A stretch of DNA of 63,824 nucleotides, the filler included, from Lama guanicoe (taxonomy: Eukaryota), in assembly GCA_013239625.1 (NCBI GenBank). It is 179 parts of 179 records of this genome, joined end to end, with 100 filler letters (N's around TTAATTAATTAA, not from the genome) between each part and the next. Parts side by side here need not be neighbours in the genome. Positions count along the whole stretch, not along the records: positions 37,834 to 38,090 come from PNXV01049542.1; positions 38,191 to 38,447 come from PNXV01049543.1; positions 38,548 to 38,803 come from PNXV01049544.1; positions 38,904 to 39,160 come from PNXV01049545.1; positions 39,261 to 39,517 come from PNXV01049546.1; positions 39,618 to 39,874 come from PNXV01049547.1; positions 39,975 to 40,231 come from PNXV01049548.1; positions 40,332 to 40,588 come from PNXV01049549.1; 171 more parts are not named here. One strand, written 5' to 3'. Below the pieces are notes generated by a model. It was not told where the DNA came from. It worked only from the letters and a program-made list of their open reading frames with translations, and did no database searches. A program made the translations under genes and the position numbers. Every line of letters starts with the position of its first letter. The stretch's first letter is position 1. This document shows, piece after piece, positions 37,834 to 48,583 of this stretch.

Positions 37834-38090
37834 AGACCATGGAATGTACATTCCAAGGTGGTACCCCCACCACCGTCCACGGAGCACATTTTACGGCAAA
37901 AGAAGGGTAACAATGGACAGGTGGCCTTGGGATGCATTGGTCTTTATCCGGGGGATATGGTTGGTCTTGTCAAATCATGCAGTACCCCCGGGAAAGCTCA
38001 GTGGAGTGGTCGCCTTGGGGCCAATGCAAGGATCCACTCACAAAGGAGGCAAAGAAACGTGTTATTAAAAGGCCAGGGGTAAGCAGCTCT
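37834..38090 (+). mobile_element. Degenerate ERV-L/MaLR internal region, integrase core remnant
   Basis: 37878-37943 translates HGAHFTAKEG*QWTGGLGMHWS, versus the recalled ERV-L integrase DQGTHFTAKEVQQWAHAHGIHWS. Confidence 0.7.
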
Positions 38091-38547
38091 NNNNNNNNNN
38101 NNNNNNNNNNNNNNNNNNNNNNNNNNNNNNNNNNTTAATTAATTAANNNNNNNNNNNNNNNNNNNNNNNNNNNNNNNNNNNNNNNNNNNNGTGCAGCCTC
38201 AGTTCCCCCGGAAGTGAGGGGTGTGCAGCCCTGAGCACGAGTGTCGCTGACTGACCAGTGCCCTGAGGATAGGGCTCTCCTCACTGACCAAATGAGGACA
38301 AGCCCTGCGAGCGGGCTTTTCCGGGGATCTCCCAGAAAGGTCAACCCGTGACAGCTCTCTGGGGGTCAGCTCTCTGGGGCCGCCTCAGGAGCCAAGCAGG
38401 ACTGGCGCTGCTTGGGTGAGGAGCGAGGTCACAAGTTTTTGTGATATNNNNNNNNNNNNNNNNNNNNNNNNNNNNNNNNNNNNNNNNNNNNTTAATTAAT
38501 TAANNNNNNNNNNNNNNNNNNNNNNNNNNNNNNNNNNNNNNNNNNNN

Positions 38548-38803
38548 CCAGTCATCTGTTGATGGACATTTAGGTTGCTTCCATGTCTCAGCTATTATAA
38601 ATAGTGCTGCTATGAACAACAGGGTACATGTATCTTAAAATTAGGTTCCTTCTTGATATATGCCCAGGAGTGGGATTGCTGATAAGTTTTTTTAGTTTTT
38701 TGAGGAATATCCATACTGTTTTCCATAATGGCAACACCAAACTACATTCCCACCAACAGTATTGGAGGGTTCCCTTTTATCCACACCCTCTCCAGCATTT
38801 ATT
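38548..38803 (-). mobile_element. L1 ORF2 C-terminal fragment
   Basis: CATCTGTTGATGGACATTTAGGTTGCTTCCATGTC...CCCAGGAGTGGGATTGCTG. Confidence 0.94.
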
Positions 38804-39344
38804 NNNNNNNNNNNNNNNNNNNNNNNNNNNNNNNNNNNNNNNNNNNNTTAATTAATTAANNNNNNNNNNNNNNNNNNNNNNNNNNNNNNNNNNNNNNNNN
38901 NNNTTATTCCTGCTACAGATGGAAGGGTCCATATCTGTGAGGGTGAGGAAGGGCCAAGGATGAGAAACCAACATTTTTGTACCCATTTCTCTTTTTCAGA
39001 GTCCCAGACAAAAGAGTGTGATTTTATCAACAAAAACAAGAACATCAGCACCCTTCTAAAAGCAAGCCACAACTTTACTACTACACACGACACTCTGTCA
39101 CTGATATAAATGCTGATGACAGCCAAGAAATTTGCAGGGATCTTATTCTGTTCTCATCCCNNNNNNNNNNNNNNNNNNNNNNNNNNNNNNNNNNNNNNNN
39201 NNNNTTAATTAATTAANNNNNNNNNNNNNNNNNNNNNNNNNNNNNNNNNNNNNNNNNNNNGTCTCCAAGCAAAATCTCCATTTCTTACTCTGACTTTTTT
39301 GATCTGGTCCCTGTCTGACCTTTCCAACCTAATTTCCCACCAGC

Positions 39345-39510
39345 CCGTCTGGGTTCAAATCTTGGCTCCAGTCCCCACCAGTCATATGCTCCTTGGCAAG
39401 ATGCTGAGAGTCTCTGTACCTCAGTGTCCTCTCCTGTAACACAGCAACCAGACCAGTGCCCACGCCCAGGCTCGTGAAGGCGGCACGTGGTGATGGGCCC
39501 AAAATGCTCA
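39345..39510 (+). mobile_element. MIR SINE
   Basis: CTGGGTTCAAATCTTGGCTCC...CCTTGGCAAG...CTCTGTACCTCAGTGTCCTC. Confidence 0.7.
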
Positions 39511-39617
39511 CAGCGACNNNNNNNNNNNNNNNNNNNNNNNNNNNNNNNNNNNNNNNNNNNNTTAATTAATTAANNNNNNNNNNNNNNNNNNNNNNNNNNN
39601 NNNNNNNNNNNNNNNNN

Positions 39618-39874
39618 CACACACACAGGAATAATCCTCATCCATAAAGCAAGAATGGAATTTGTGAAACATGAATGGGCCTGGAGGGTATTATGCTAAG
39701 TGAATTAAGTCAGAGAGAACAAATACTGTATGATTACACTTACATGTGGACTCTAAAAGCAAAACAGAAAAACAAGGCTAACTAAACAGAAGAGTCTAGA
39801 AGCAGAGAACAAACAGGTGGTTGCCAGTGGTGAAGGGGTCGGGGAGGAGGGAAGGAATAAATGACAGATATTTA
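39618..39874 (+). mobile_element. L1 3' end fragment
   Basis: ACATGAATGGGCCTGGAGGGTATTATGCTAAGTGAATTAAGTCAGAGAG...GAGAACAAACAGGTGGTTGCCAG. Confidence 0.85.
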
Positions 39875-40126
39875 NNNNNNNNNNNNNNNNNNNNNNNNNN
39901 NNNNNNNNNNNNNNNNNNTTAATTAATTAANNNNNNNNNNNNNNNNNNNNNNNNNNNNNNNNNNNNNNNNNNNNGACTACCACTTCCACCTGCCACCCCC
40001 AGAGCACAGACTCTCCTCTGAACCAGACCCACATTTCCACCTGTCTGCTAAGTGCCAAAGAGCCCCCAAATTCAACATGATCCAAAACACGTGCTATCTT
40101 CCCCCCTCAGAAACACTCCTCTTCTA

Positions 40127-40225
40127 GAGGCGAGGGTATAGCTCCAGCGGTAGAGTGCATGCTTAACATGCAGGAGGTCCTAGGTTCAATCCCCAGTCCC
40201 TCCTCCAAATACAAAAATAAATAAA
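40127..40225 (+). mobile_element. tRNA-Ala-derived SINE (camelid Vic-1-like)
   Basis: GAGGGTATAGCTCCAGCGGTAGAGTGCATGCTTAACATGCAGGAGGTCCTAGGTTCAATCCCCAG has A and B boxes, a tRNA-Ala(AGC)-like body and an AAAT tail. Confidence 0.88.
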
Positions 40226-40331
40226 CCCAATNNNNNNNNNNNNNNNNNNNNNNNNNNNNNNNNNNNNNNNNNNNNTTAATTAATTAANNNNNNNNNNNNN
40301 NNNNNNNNNNNNNNNNNNNNNNNNNNNNNNN

Positions 40332-40588
40332 GCCACTAAATTGTACACTTAAAAATAGTTGAAATGGTAAATTTTATGTTGTGTATATTTTAACACAAAA
40401 AAATTGGTGAAGGGTCTGAACAGACGTTTCTGCAAAGAAGACGTACAAATGGCCAGTAAGCCCAGATGAGTATATGCTCCGCGTCATTAACAATTAGCAA
40501 AATGCAAACCCAAAACACAAGATAGCACTTTACACCAGCTAGGATGGCAGATAATAAGGGCTGGTGAAAATGTGGGGAAATTGGAACT
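40332..40588 (+). mobile_element. Old L1M composite (3' tail then ORF2 C-terminal piece); copy A of a near-identical contig pair
   Basis: GCCACTAAATTGTACACTTAAAAATAGTT...CAAAGAAGACGTACAAATGGCC; 251/257 identical to 42117-42373. Confidence 0.85.
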
Positions 40589-40688
40589 NNNNNNNNNNNN
40601 NNNNNNNNNNNNNNNNNNNNNNNNNNNNNNNNTTAATTAATTAANNNNNNNNNNNNNNNNNNNNNNNNNNNNNNNNNNNNNNNNNNNN

Positions 40689-40938
40689 GGGAAATGGGGA
40701 CCTCAGACCCACCACTGCGAGGAACTAAATCTGGCCAGCAACCTGAACAAGCTTAGAAGGAGACTCTCCCCGGAGTGTCCAGTAAGAACCACAGCCCTGC
40801 TGTCAACCTGATTTGGGCTCAGTGAGACCCATGTCAGATTTCTAACCCATCGAGCGGTAGGATAATAAAGGAGTGCTGTTTTAATCCATTAAATCGGTGG
40901 TACTTTGTTAGAGCTACAACAAAAATTGCTAGATGCAC
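40689..40938 (+). mobile_element. MLT1 MaLR LTR 3' half
   Basis: GGAAATGGGGACCTCAG...GCCAGCAACCTGAACAAGCTTAGAAG...ATAATAAA...GTGGTACTTTGTTAGAGCTAC. Confidence 0.82.
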
Positions 40939-42116
40939 TAAGAGGNNNNNNNNNNNNNNNNNNNNNNNNNNNNNNNNNNNNNNNNNNNNTTAATTAATTA
41001 ANNNNNNNNNNNNNNNNNNNNNNNNNNNNNNNNNNNNNNNNNNNNACTCTATCAGTGAGGAAGTAACAGCTCAGAGAGGTTACCCTTGTCCAGCGTAGCA
41101 CAGCAAGCAGCTGTTGGAGCAGGAATTTGCCACCGCAGCACTGGATCAACTCTGAGGCAGGAGCGCTGTTCTCAGTCTTGCATGGAAGTCCCCTCTGCTA
41201 GTGTTAGAAATGCGGATTCTAGGAGGGGCCGTGACCTGCCTGCACCTGGGAGCGGGGTGGGCGTAGGGGGGCAGGACACGACTCCAGGCACAGTGCACCC
41301 TCNNNNNNNNNNNNNNNNNNNNNNNNNNNNNNNNNNNNNNNNNNNNTTAATTAATTAANNNNNNNNNNNNNNNNNNNNNNNNNNNNNNNNNNNNNNNNNN
41401 NNTCAACATTCCCACGATCAGCTAATTCTCTTACTATTCATTTACACTTGACCTATAGCTCACTTCCAGCATTTTCAATTTTCCTTTCTTTGCTGCCCTC
41501 TTATCTTTGTTGACCAATCTCCTGTATTGATTATCTGTCTTTATGACACTATGTGGGGGTATCACTGAGAGATCACTTTGAAGTCTACGCCTGTGACCTG
41601 AGTAACAGACGTGCGGTAACCACAGAGCTGCTGTAGAGTGATGTGACCGGTCACTGATCNNNNNNNNNNNNNNNNNNNNNNNNNNNNNNNNNNNNNNNNN
41701 NNNTTAATTAATTAANNNNNNNNNNNNNNNNNNNNNNNNNNNNNNNNNNNNNNNNNNNNTGCAAGGGAGAGCTTATCCCTTAGCTCAATAAATGTCCCTG
41801 GATTTTACGAAATCCTTCAGACAGAGTGGGATTGGGAAAGCACAGGAAGTTTGAACTAGAAAGGGTAACAGCTCTGATTCAAACTTGGTTGTTGCTCTAT
41901 TTGCAGAGTGTGGGATGGGACTGACAGGAGAGGGAGCAGTTACAAAAACCTTGACTGAACCTTCCTGAGGCCACATCCTCTGAGCCTTTGTATCCAGCTG
42001 AGGCTAATGAGGTGAANNNNNNNNNNNNNNNNNNNNNNNNNNNNNNNNNNNNNNNNNNNNTTAATTAATTAANNNNNNNNNNNNNNNNNNNNNNNNNNNN
42101 NNNNNNNNNNNNNNNN

Positions 42117-42373
42117 GCCACTAAATTGTACACTTAAAAATAGTTGAAATGGTAAATTTTATGTTATGTATATTTTAACACAAAAAAATTGGTGAAGGGT
42201 CTGAATAGACGTTTCTGCAAAGAAGACGTACAAATGGCCAATAAGCCCAGATGAGTATATGCTCCACGTCATTAACAATTAGCAAAATGCAAACCCAAAA
42301 CACAAGACAGCACTTTACACCAGTTAGGATGGCAGATAATAAGGGCTGGTGAAAATGTGGGGAAATTGGAACT
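42117..42373 (+). mobile_element. Old L1M composite; copy B of the near-identical contig pair
   Basis: Same start and end as 40332-40588, with six substitutions. Confidence 0.85.
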
Positions 42374-42473
42374 NNNNNNNNNNNNNNNNNNNNNNNNNNN
42401 NNNNNNNNNNNNNNNNNTTAATTAATTAANNNNNNNNNNNNNNNNNNNNNNNNNNNNNNNNNNNNNNNNNNNN

Positions 42474-42730
42474 AATGTAAGACCAGATACTATAAAACTC
42501 CTAGAGGAAAATATAGGCAGAAAACTCTTCAACATAAATTGCAGCAATGTATATTTTTCAAACCAGCTCCTAGTGTAATGGAAAATAAAAGCAAAAATAA
42601 ACAAATGGAACCTAACCAAACTTAAAAGCTTTTGCAGAGCTAAGGCTTTATCGACAAAATGAAAGGACAACCTATGGAATAAGAGAAAATATTTGCAAAT
42701 GATGTGACCAACAAGGGACTAATTTCCAAA
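42474..42730 (+). mobile_element. L1 ORF2 fragment
   Basis: NVRPDTIKLLEENIGRKL...KINKWNLTKLKSFCRAK. Confidence 0.95.
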
Positions 42731-43187
42731 NNNNNNNNNNNNNNNNNNNNNNNNNNNNNNNNNNNNNNNNNNNNTTAATTAATTAANNNNNNNNNNNNNN
42801 NNNNNNNNNNNNNNNNNNNNNNNNNNNNNNGGTGTGGGGGTAAGGGGGTCGGCAGCTCGAGCAGCCAGGCTCGCAGGCCCCACACCTCCAGTTGCTCCTC
42901 TCTCCCCCTCCCCCTTCCCTTCCCCAAGTCATCATCCCCATTTCACACATGTGGAGAATGAGGCCAGGGAGGGGGTCTCCCAAGCCCGCCAGAGGATTCC
43001 CAGGTGGGAGACAACAGAAACCCAGATGAAAATGAACATCGTTACAAAACAGAAAGAGACTCACAGACACAGAAAACAAACTTATGGNNNNNNNNNNNNN
43101 NNNNNNNNNNNNNNNNNNNNNNNNNNNNNNNTTAATTAATTAANNNNNNNNNNNNNNNNNNNNNNNNNNNNNNNNNNNNNNNNNNNN

Positions 43188-43444
43188 TTTTCAGGGGAAG
43201 AGAGGCGGGGCCCAGGCACAGCCGCCATATTCTCTGACGCTTAGCACCCAGGCAGGGGCGGGGGCGAGACCTGCGTCCGCACCGAAGGGCTCAGCAGCCT
43301 CAAGGGCCACACTGAGACGGGCCGGCAGCCCGGGGCAGATAGGATCCTTCCATCCTGGTCACTCGGAGAGCTTGCTCCACAAAGACAAACAGGGAGCTGG
43401 GTCTTAGCTTGGAGCAGGGACGAGGCTGCCCCTCGGTCTTCCCC
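43188..43444. promoter_or_regulatory. Promoter-like GC-rich fragment
   Basis: GC boxes at 43202-43211 and 43255-43264, YY1-like GCCGCCATATT at 43221-43231, TGACG half-CRE at 43235-43239. Confidence 0.5.
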
Positions 43445-43584
43445 NNNNNNNNNNNNNNNNNNNNNNNNNNNNNNNNNNNNNNNNNNNNTTAATTAATTAA
43501 NNNNNNNNNNNNNNNNNNNNNNNNNNNNNNNNNNNNNNNNNNNNGGCTGACTTTCTTGTTTGGGTCTTACTCCCCTCTTTGGAG

Positions 43585-43680
43585 GGCAGAAGTCATGTTC
43601 ATCTCTGAGTCCCCAGTATCTACCACAGCATCTGACACGTGTCGATGTTTGATAAATATTTGTGAAATAAAATAATTGAT
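43585..43680 (+). mobile_element. L2 3' end
   Basis: GTTCATCTCTGAGTCCCCAGTATCTACCACAGCATCTGACACGTG...ATAAATATTTGTGAAAT. Confidence 0.7.
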
Positions 43681-43901
43681 CTGTCAAGTAAGTGATGAAA
43701 TTCAGTGACACAAAATTCTAGGATTTTATGAGAAATATAAGTTGAAGGGAAGAGCAACCAGTAAGGAAATAACTCAAAAAGTAAAAAGTCTGAAAAAAAA
43801 ANNNNNNNNNNNNNNNNNNNNNNNNNNNNNNNNNNNNNNNNNNNNTTAATTAATTAANNNNNNNNNNNNNNNNNNNNNNNNNNNNNNNNNNNNNNNNNNN
43901 N

Positions 43902-44158
43902 GAATACTACTCAGCCATAAAAATAATAAAATAATGCCCTTTGCAGCAACATGGATAGACCTGGAGCTCATCATTTTAAGTGAAGTAAACCAGAAAGAGA
44001 AAGAAATCACTTATATGAGGAATCTAAAAAAAAAAAAAAACAAATGAACTTGTCTACAAAACAGAAACAGACTCACAGACGTAGAGAACTAACTTAAGGT
44101 TCCCAGGAGTAAAGCAGGTGGGAAGGGATAAATTGGGAATTCAAAAATTGCACCTCTT
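43902..44158 (+). mobile_element. L1 ORF2 end / 3' UTR
   Basis: GAATACTACTCAGCCATAAAA...GCAGCAACATGGATAGACCTGGAG...ACAGAAACAGACTCACAGAC. Confidence 0.93.
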
Positions 44159-44304
44159 NNNNNNNNNNNNNNNNNNNNNNNNNNNNNNNNNNNNNNNNNN
44201 NNTTAATTAATTAANNNNNNNNNNNNNNNNNNNNNNNNNNNNNNNNNNNNNNNNNNNNTCTTTCACTTCACTCTTACTTTAATGTTTTCAAACTCTTTTT
44301 TAAA

Positions 44305-44515
44305 AATTTTTTTATTGAAGGGTAATTGATTTATAATGTAAGCTTCAAGTGTACAGCAAAGTGATTCAGTTATACAGATACAGACATATTTTTTTTTCTT
44401 TTCAGATTCTTTTCCATTATAGGCTATTACAGGGTATTGAATATAGTTCCCTATGCTCTACAGTAGGTCCTTGTTGTTTATCTGTTTTATATAGAGCAAC
44501 GTGTCTGTTAATCCC
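44305..44515 (-). mobile_element. L1 3' end (cetartiodactyl type)
   Basis: TTTTATTGAAG...GTGTACAGCAAAGTGATTCAGTTATAC...TATAGGCTATTACAGGGTATTGAATATAGTTCCC. Confidence 0.9.
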
Positions 44516-45329
44516 NNNNNNNNNNNNNNNNNNNNNNNNNNNNNNNNNNNNNNNNNNNNTTAATTAATTAANNNNNNNNNNNNNNNNNNNNNNNNNNNNN
44601 NNNNNNNNNNNNNNNTACAGTAGAGGTAAATAAAAATCTGACTAGGAGTTGGGAGGGGAAAATTAATCACAGATATTCTTGTGTAATAACTGAGAGTATA
44701 AATAATCTATTTATCAGCAGGAATGATAAATCCGTAATTGTTTGTTTACTTTACATAAGATGTCTATGCTGCTGCCCACAGAGCTTTGGTTACTGTGTAT
44801 TTTTAATATGAAGGTAATGCAGAGCAGGGGGTGGAATACATGGCTAGGCTTCATACAGCCAGTATGAGAAGTNNNNNNNNNNNNNNNNNNNNNNNNNNNN
44901 NNNNNNNNNNNNNNNNTTAATTAATTAANNNNNNNNNNNNNNNNNNNNNNNNNNNNNNNNNNNNNNNNNNNNGAAAAAAGCTAAATCTTAAAATCTGAAA
45001 ATCCTAGTCCACATCTTGCTCAGCTTTGATTTTGGATTTTTTTTTTTAACATCAGTTTAAGTAACTTTACCAGTGAAGCCAACTTGATTCTTAGAATAAT
45101 TCAGATACATAAGATACACAGATTATTTCAAAGGCCTATCCTGACTTCTGTTTTTCTTTCTTTTGATAAAATGTTATCTTTAGAGAATCTGTCTACAGTC
45201 AGAAATCCTGCCTCATCCCCTGAGTTCCCNNNNNNNNNNNNNNNNNNNNNNNNNNNNNNNNNNNNNNNNNNNNTTAATTAATTAANNNNNNNNNNNNNNN
45301 NNNNNNNNNNNNNNNNNNNNNNNNNNNNN

Positions 45330-45586
45330 AGGTGTTTGTCTTTTACAAAATTTGAGAAGCTTTTAACCATTATTTCTTTTTAATAAAGGGTTTTTTTACC
45401 CCTGTATCACACTCTGTTTCCTGTTCTTTGTTGGCTCTGATGACATGTGTGTTAGACCTTTTAGTTTTGTCCTACGTGTCCTTGAAGCTCTGTACACTTT
45501 CTTCCAAGCCTTTTTCCTCTATGTTGTTTAAGTTGCGTAGTTCCTTTACTCAGATTCACTGAATCTTTCCTGTGTCAGTTCCATTC
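45330..45586 (-). mobile_element. Old L1M ORF1-region fragment
   Basis: AAATTTGAGAAGCTTTTAACCATTATTTCTT...ACATGTGTGTTAGACCTTTT...CAGATTCACTGAATCTTTCC. Confidence 0.65.
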
Positions 45587-45686
45587 NNNNNNNNNNNNNN
45601 NNNNNNNNNNNNNNNNNNNNNNNNNNNNNNTTAATTAATTAANNNNNNNNNNNNNNNNNNNNNNNNNNNNNNNNNNNNNNNNNNNN

Positions 45687-45943
45687 CTCTTCATAATGTT
45701 TTCCACAATGGCTGCACCAAACCACATTCCCATCAATAATATAGAGGATTCCTTTTCCTCCAAATCCTCTCCAGAATTTACTCTTTGTGGACTTTTGAAT
45801 GATGACCATTCAGACTGTTGTCATGTGATACCTCACTGTACTTTCGATCTGCATTTCTCTGATAATTACTGATATTGAGCATTTTTTCATGTGCATTTTG
45901 GCCATTTGTATGTCTTTATTGGAGAATTGCTTGCTTAGGTCTT
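45687..45943 (-). mobile_element. L1 ORF2 C-terminal (Cys-rich) fragment
   Basis: TTTTCCACAATGGCTGCACCAAACCACATTCCC...GATATTGAGCATTTTTTCATGTG. Confidence 0.93.
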
Positions 45944-46866
45944 NNNNNNNNNNNNNNNNNNNNNNNNNNNNNNNNNNNNNNNNNNNNTTAATTAATTAAN
46001 NNNNNNNNNNNNNNNNNNNNNNNNNNNNNNNNNNNNNNNNNNNTAAAGGCCCTAAGTGTATACTTCAGAAAAGAGAAGATACTGCACTTGTACTCAGGGA
46101 CCTAATGTAGAGAAGACCTAATGGGGAAAAGAGAATTCACATCAAAAATTTAAAAATAAGTAGAAGCATACATGAAAAGAACATGAAGCACGTAAAGCTG
46201 GATGAATCAGCAAGGCTTCAGTGAAGTGACTGGACGTAGTATGGATTGATGAGGAGTAGAAGAAGAAACGAAAGGACTGTGCTTAAAAATTTTGAGAGAC
46301 NNNNNNNNNNNNNNNNNNNNNNNNNNNNNNNNNNNNNNNNNNNNTTAATTAATTAANNNNNNNNNNNNNNNNNNNNNNNNNNNNNNNNNNNNNNNNNNNN
46401 CAGACTTTGACAATTTCAATTTATTTCACTTCTAGGAACACCATAATCAACTAGCCAACATCATAGGTCTGTGTGAGTTAGACTATTCCAGTTGTTGCCT
46501 TGACTCTGTTTGTTATGGAAACCATACCCACCTTGCTCTTGGCATTTGAGTATAGCCACTTGGCCCCTGCCACCCTGAGATCTAATTATTCTCATTGTAT
46601 TTAGATTTTCCAGTTCAGTGACTGTGGTTCCCACTCGAAGGTCTAGCCTACAGAGAANNNNNNNNNNNNNNNNNNNNNNNNNNNNNNNNNNNNNNNNNNN
46701 NTTAATTAATTAANNNNNNNNNNNNNNNNNNNNNNNNNNNNNNNNNNNNNNNNNNNNTACTTAAAAAAGAATTCGTCCCGAAAGGCTGCCCAGGCCCCCA
46801 CAGCCTTCCCCCAAGCGCCTGCCCACGTCACCGGCGCCCCCGGCCCTCCCGCGGCCCCCGCCTTAC

Positions 46867-47014
46867 CGAGCCCCGCGGCCCCGCCGCGCCGCCGCGGCGT
46901 CGCTGCGCCCCGCTCGCCGCTCCGTGTCTGCCCTGCGGGGCGCCGGGCCCGACGCCCTCCTCCTCCGCCTCCTCCTCGTCGTCGCCCTCGTCCTCGCCGC
47001 CGGGCGCCGCCCGC
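46867..47014 (-). CDS. Probable 3' part of a CpG-island first coding exon (acidic then Arg/Gly-rich), gene unidentified
   Basis: Minus strand reads RAAPGGEDEGDDEEEAEEEGVGPGAPQGRHGAASGAQRRRGGAAGPRGS, ending at TCG|GTAAGG donor; very CpG-rich. Confidence 0.55.
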
Positions 47015-47828
47015 NNNNNNNNNNNNNNNNNNNNNNNNNNNNNNNNNNNNNNNNNNNNTTAATTAATTAANNNNNNNNNNNNNNNNNNNNNNNNNNNNNN
47101 NNNNNNNNNNNNNNAAGTCTGCCAGGCTCTTGTCTGGGAAGCTGGGAACAAAGTCCTCTATTACATGTATTGACACTGTCATTGCCTGAAATTCTGTCCT
47201 CCTGAAAACATGAAGTTGCTATTCTTTTTCTCCCTTTCCATTGCTATGTTGGAACTCTATCCATGACCTTTATATTTAAATCCAAATATGGCTTATTACC
47301 AGAATCACATCACTGCCAAAAACATACCCCACTAACTGAATTGAGATTGGAGGACAGAGTTTTGGATGAAGNNNNNNNNNNNNNNNNNNNNNNNNNNNNN
47401 NNNNNNNNNNNNNNNTTAATTAATTAANNNNNNNNNNNNNNNNNNNNNNNNNNNNNNNNNNNNNNNNNNNNTTTGGTGAAATTTGTGAAACTCTTTTCTT
47501 TATAAGCTCAAGCCAACACACTCTGTTATACCCAAGAATTTTTTTACAAATACTAATTGATTTTCTATCGATGGTACCCATTAAATCAAACACTTTAACG
47601 CAAAAAGTTACTTAAGTTTATGTATTTCAAATTTTTATTTACAGGTAAGTAAAACAAAAATATAAAAATAATAATGTACCACATGGATAGATAAATGCTA
47701 GTCCTAGAGTTCAGATCTAATGCATCTCNNNNNNNNNNNNNNNNNNNNNNNNNNNNNNNNNNNNNNNNNNNNTTAATTAATTAANNNNNNNNNNNNNNNN
47801 NNNNNNNNNNNNNNNNNNNNNNNNNNNN

Positions 47829-48085
47829 TATTTAGGAGCTCCTCTATTTGGTGCATATATATTAACGTGTGTGCTATACTTATCATGTATCACTCCTTCA
47901 ATCAGAATAAAATGTCCTAATTTATCTTTCTTTATGGCCTTAGTTTTAAAGACAATTTTATCTGAAATGACTACGGTAGCACCTGCTTATTTGGCTTTTC
48001 CATTTGAATGGAATACCCTTTTCCATCCTTTCACTGTCAATCTCTATGTGTCCTTCTCTCTCAATTGGGTCTCTTGTATGTAGCA
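47829..48085 (-). mobile_element. L1 ORF2 endonuclease fragment
   Basis: Antisense of LHTRDP...VKGWKRVFHSNGKAK*AGATVVISDKIVFKTKAIKKDKLGHFILIEG...NIYAPN. Confidence 0.93.
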
Positions 48086-48548
48086 NNNNNNNNNNNNNNN
48101 NNNNNNNNNNNNNNNNNNNNNNNNNNNNNTTAATTAATTAANNNNNNNNNNNNNNNNNNNNNNNNNNNNNNNNNNNNNNNNNNNNGCCCACAAAGTAGCA
48201 GTGGAGGATGACCACAGGATGAGAGGTGTGAGCAATGTGTTCCAGACAGCAGCAGGACTGTGCTTGGGATGACCCATCTCAGAGCCAGCAGACGGACCCA
48301 ATGTCCCATCTCTCCAAGGCATTCCAGGTACACATACACAAGCAGTGGGGTACCATTTCTCCTTGTCCTGTCCAGCTGAGCTAATGGGACATTCTTTGGG
48401 GGAAATGTGGCCTCTCTGGTCTCTTTTAGGGTTTTGGAAGTTNNNNNNNNNNNNNNNNNNNNNNNNNNNNNNNNNNNNNNNNNNNNTTAATTAATTAANN
48501 NNNNNNNNNNNNNNNNNNNNNNNNNNNNNNNNNNNNNNNNNNTGTCGG

Positions 48549-48583
48549 AGCGCCCTCTGGTGGTAAAATGAATACAATGCAGC
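48549..48583 (-). promoter_or_regulatory. CTCF binding site, core plus upstream module
   Basis: Minus strand reads GCTGCATTGTATTCATTTTA-CCACCAGAGGGCGCT: a near-consensus core preceded by a TGCA-type upstream module. Confidence 0.7.

Noticed and set aside
40127..40206. Functional tRNA-Ala or tRNA-Val gene
   Set aside because: Acceptor and D arms are imperfect, and it is followed by an A-rich SINE tail, not a T-run terminator.
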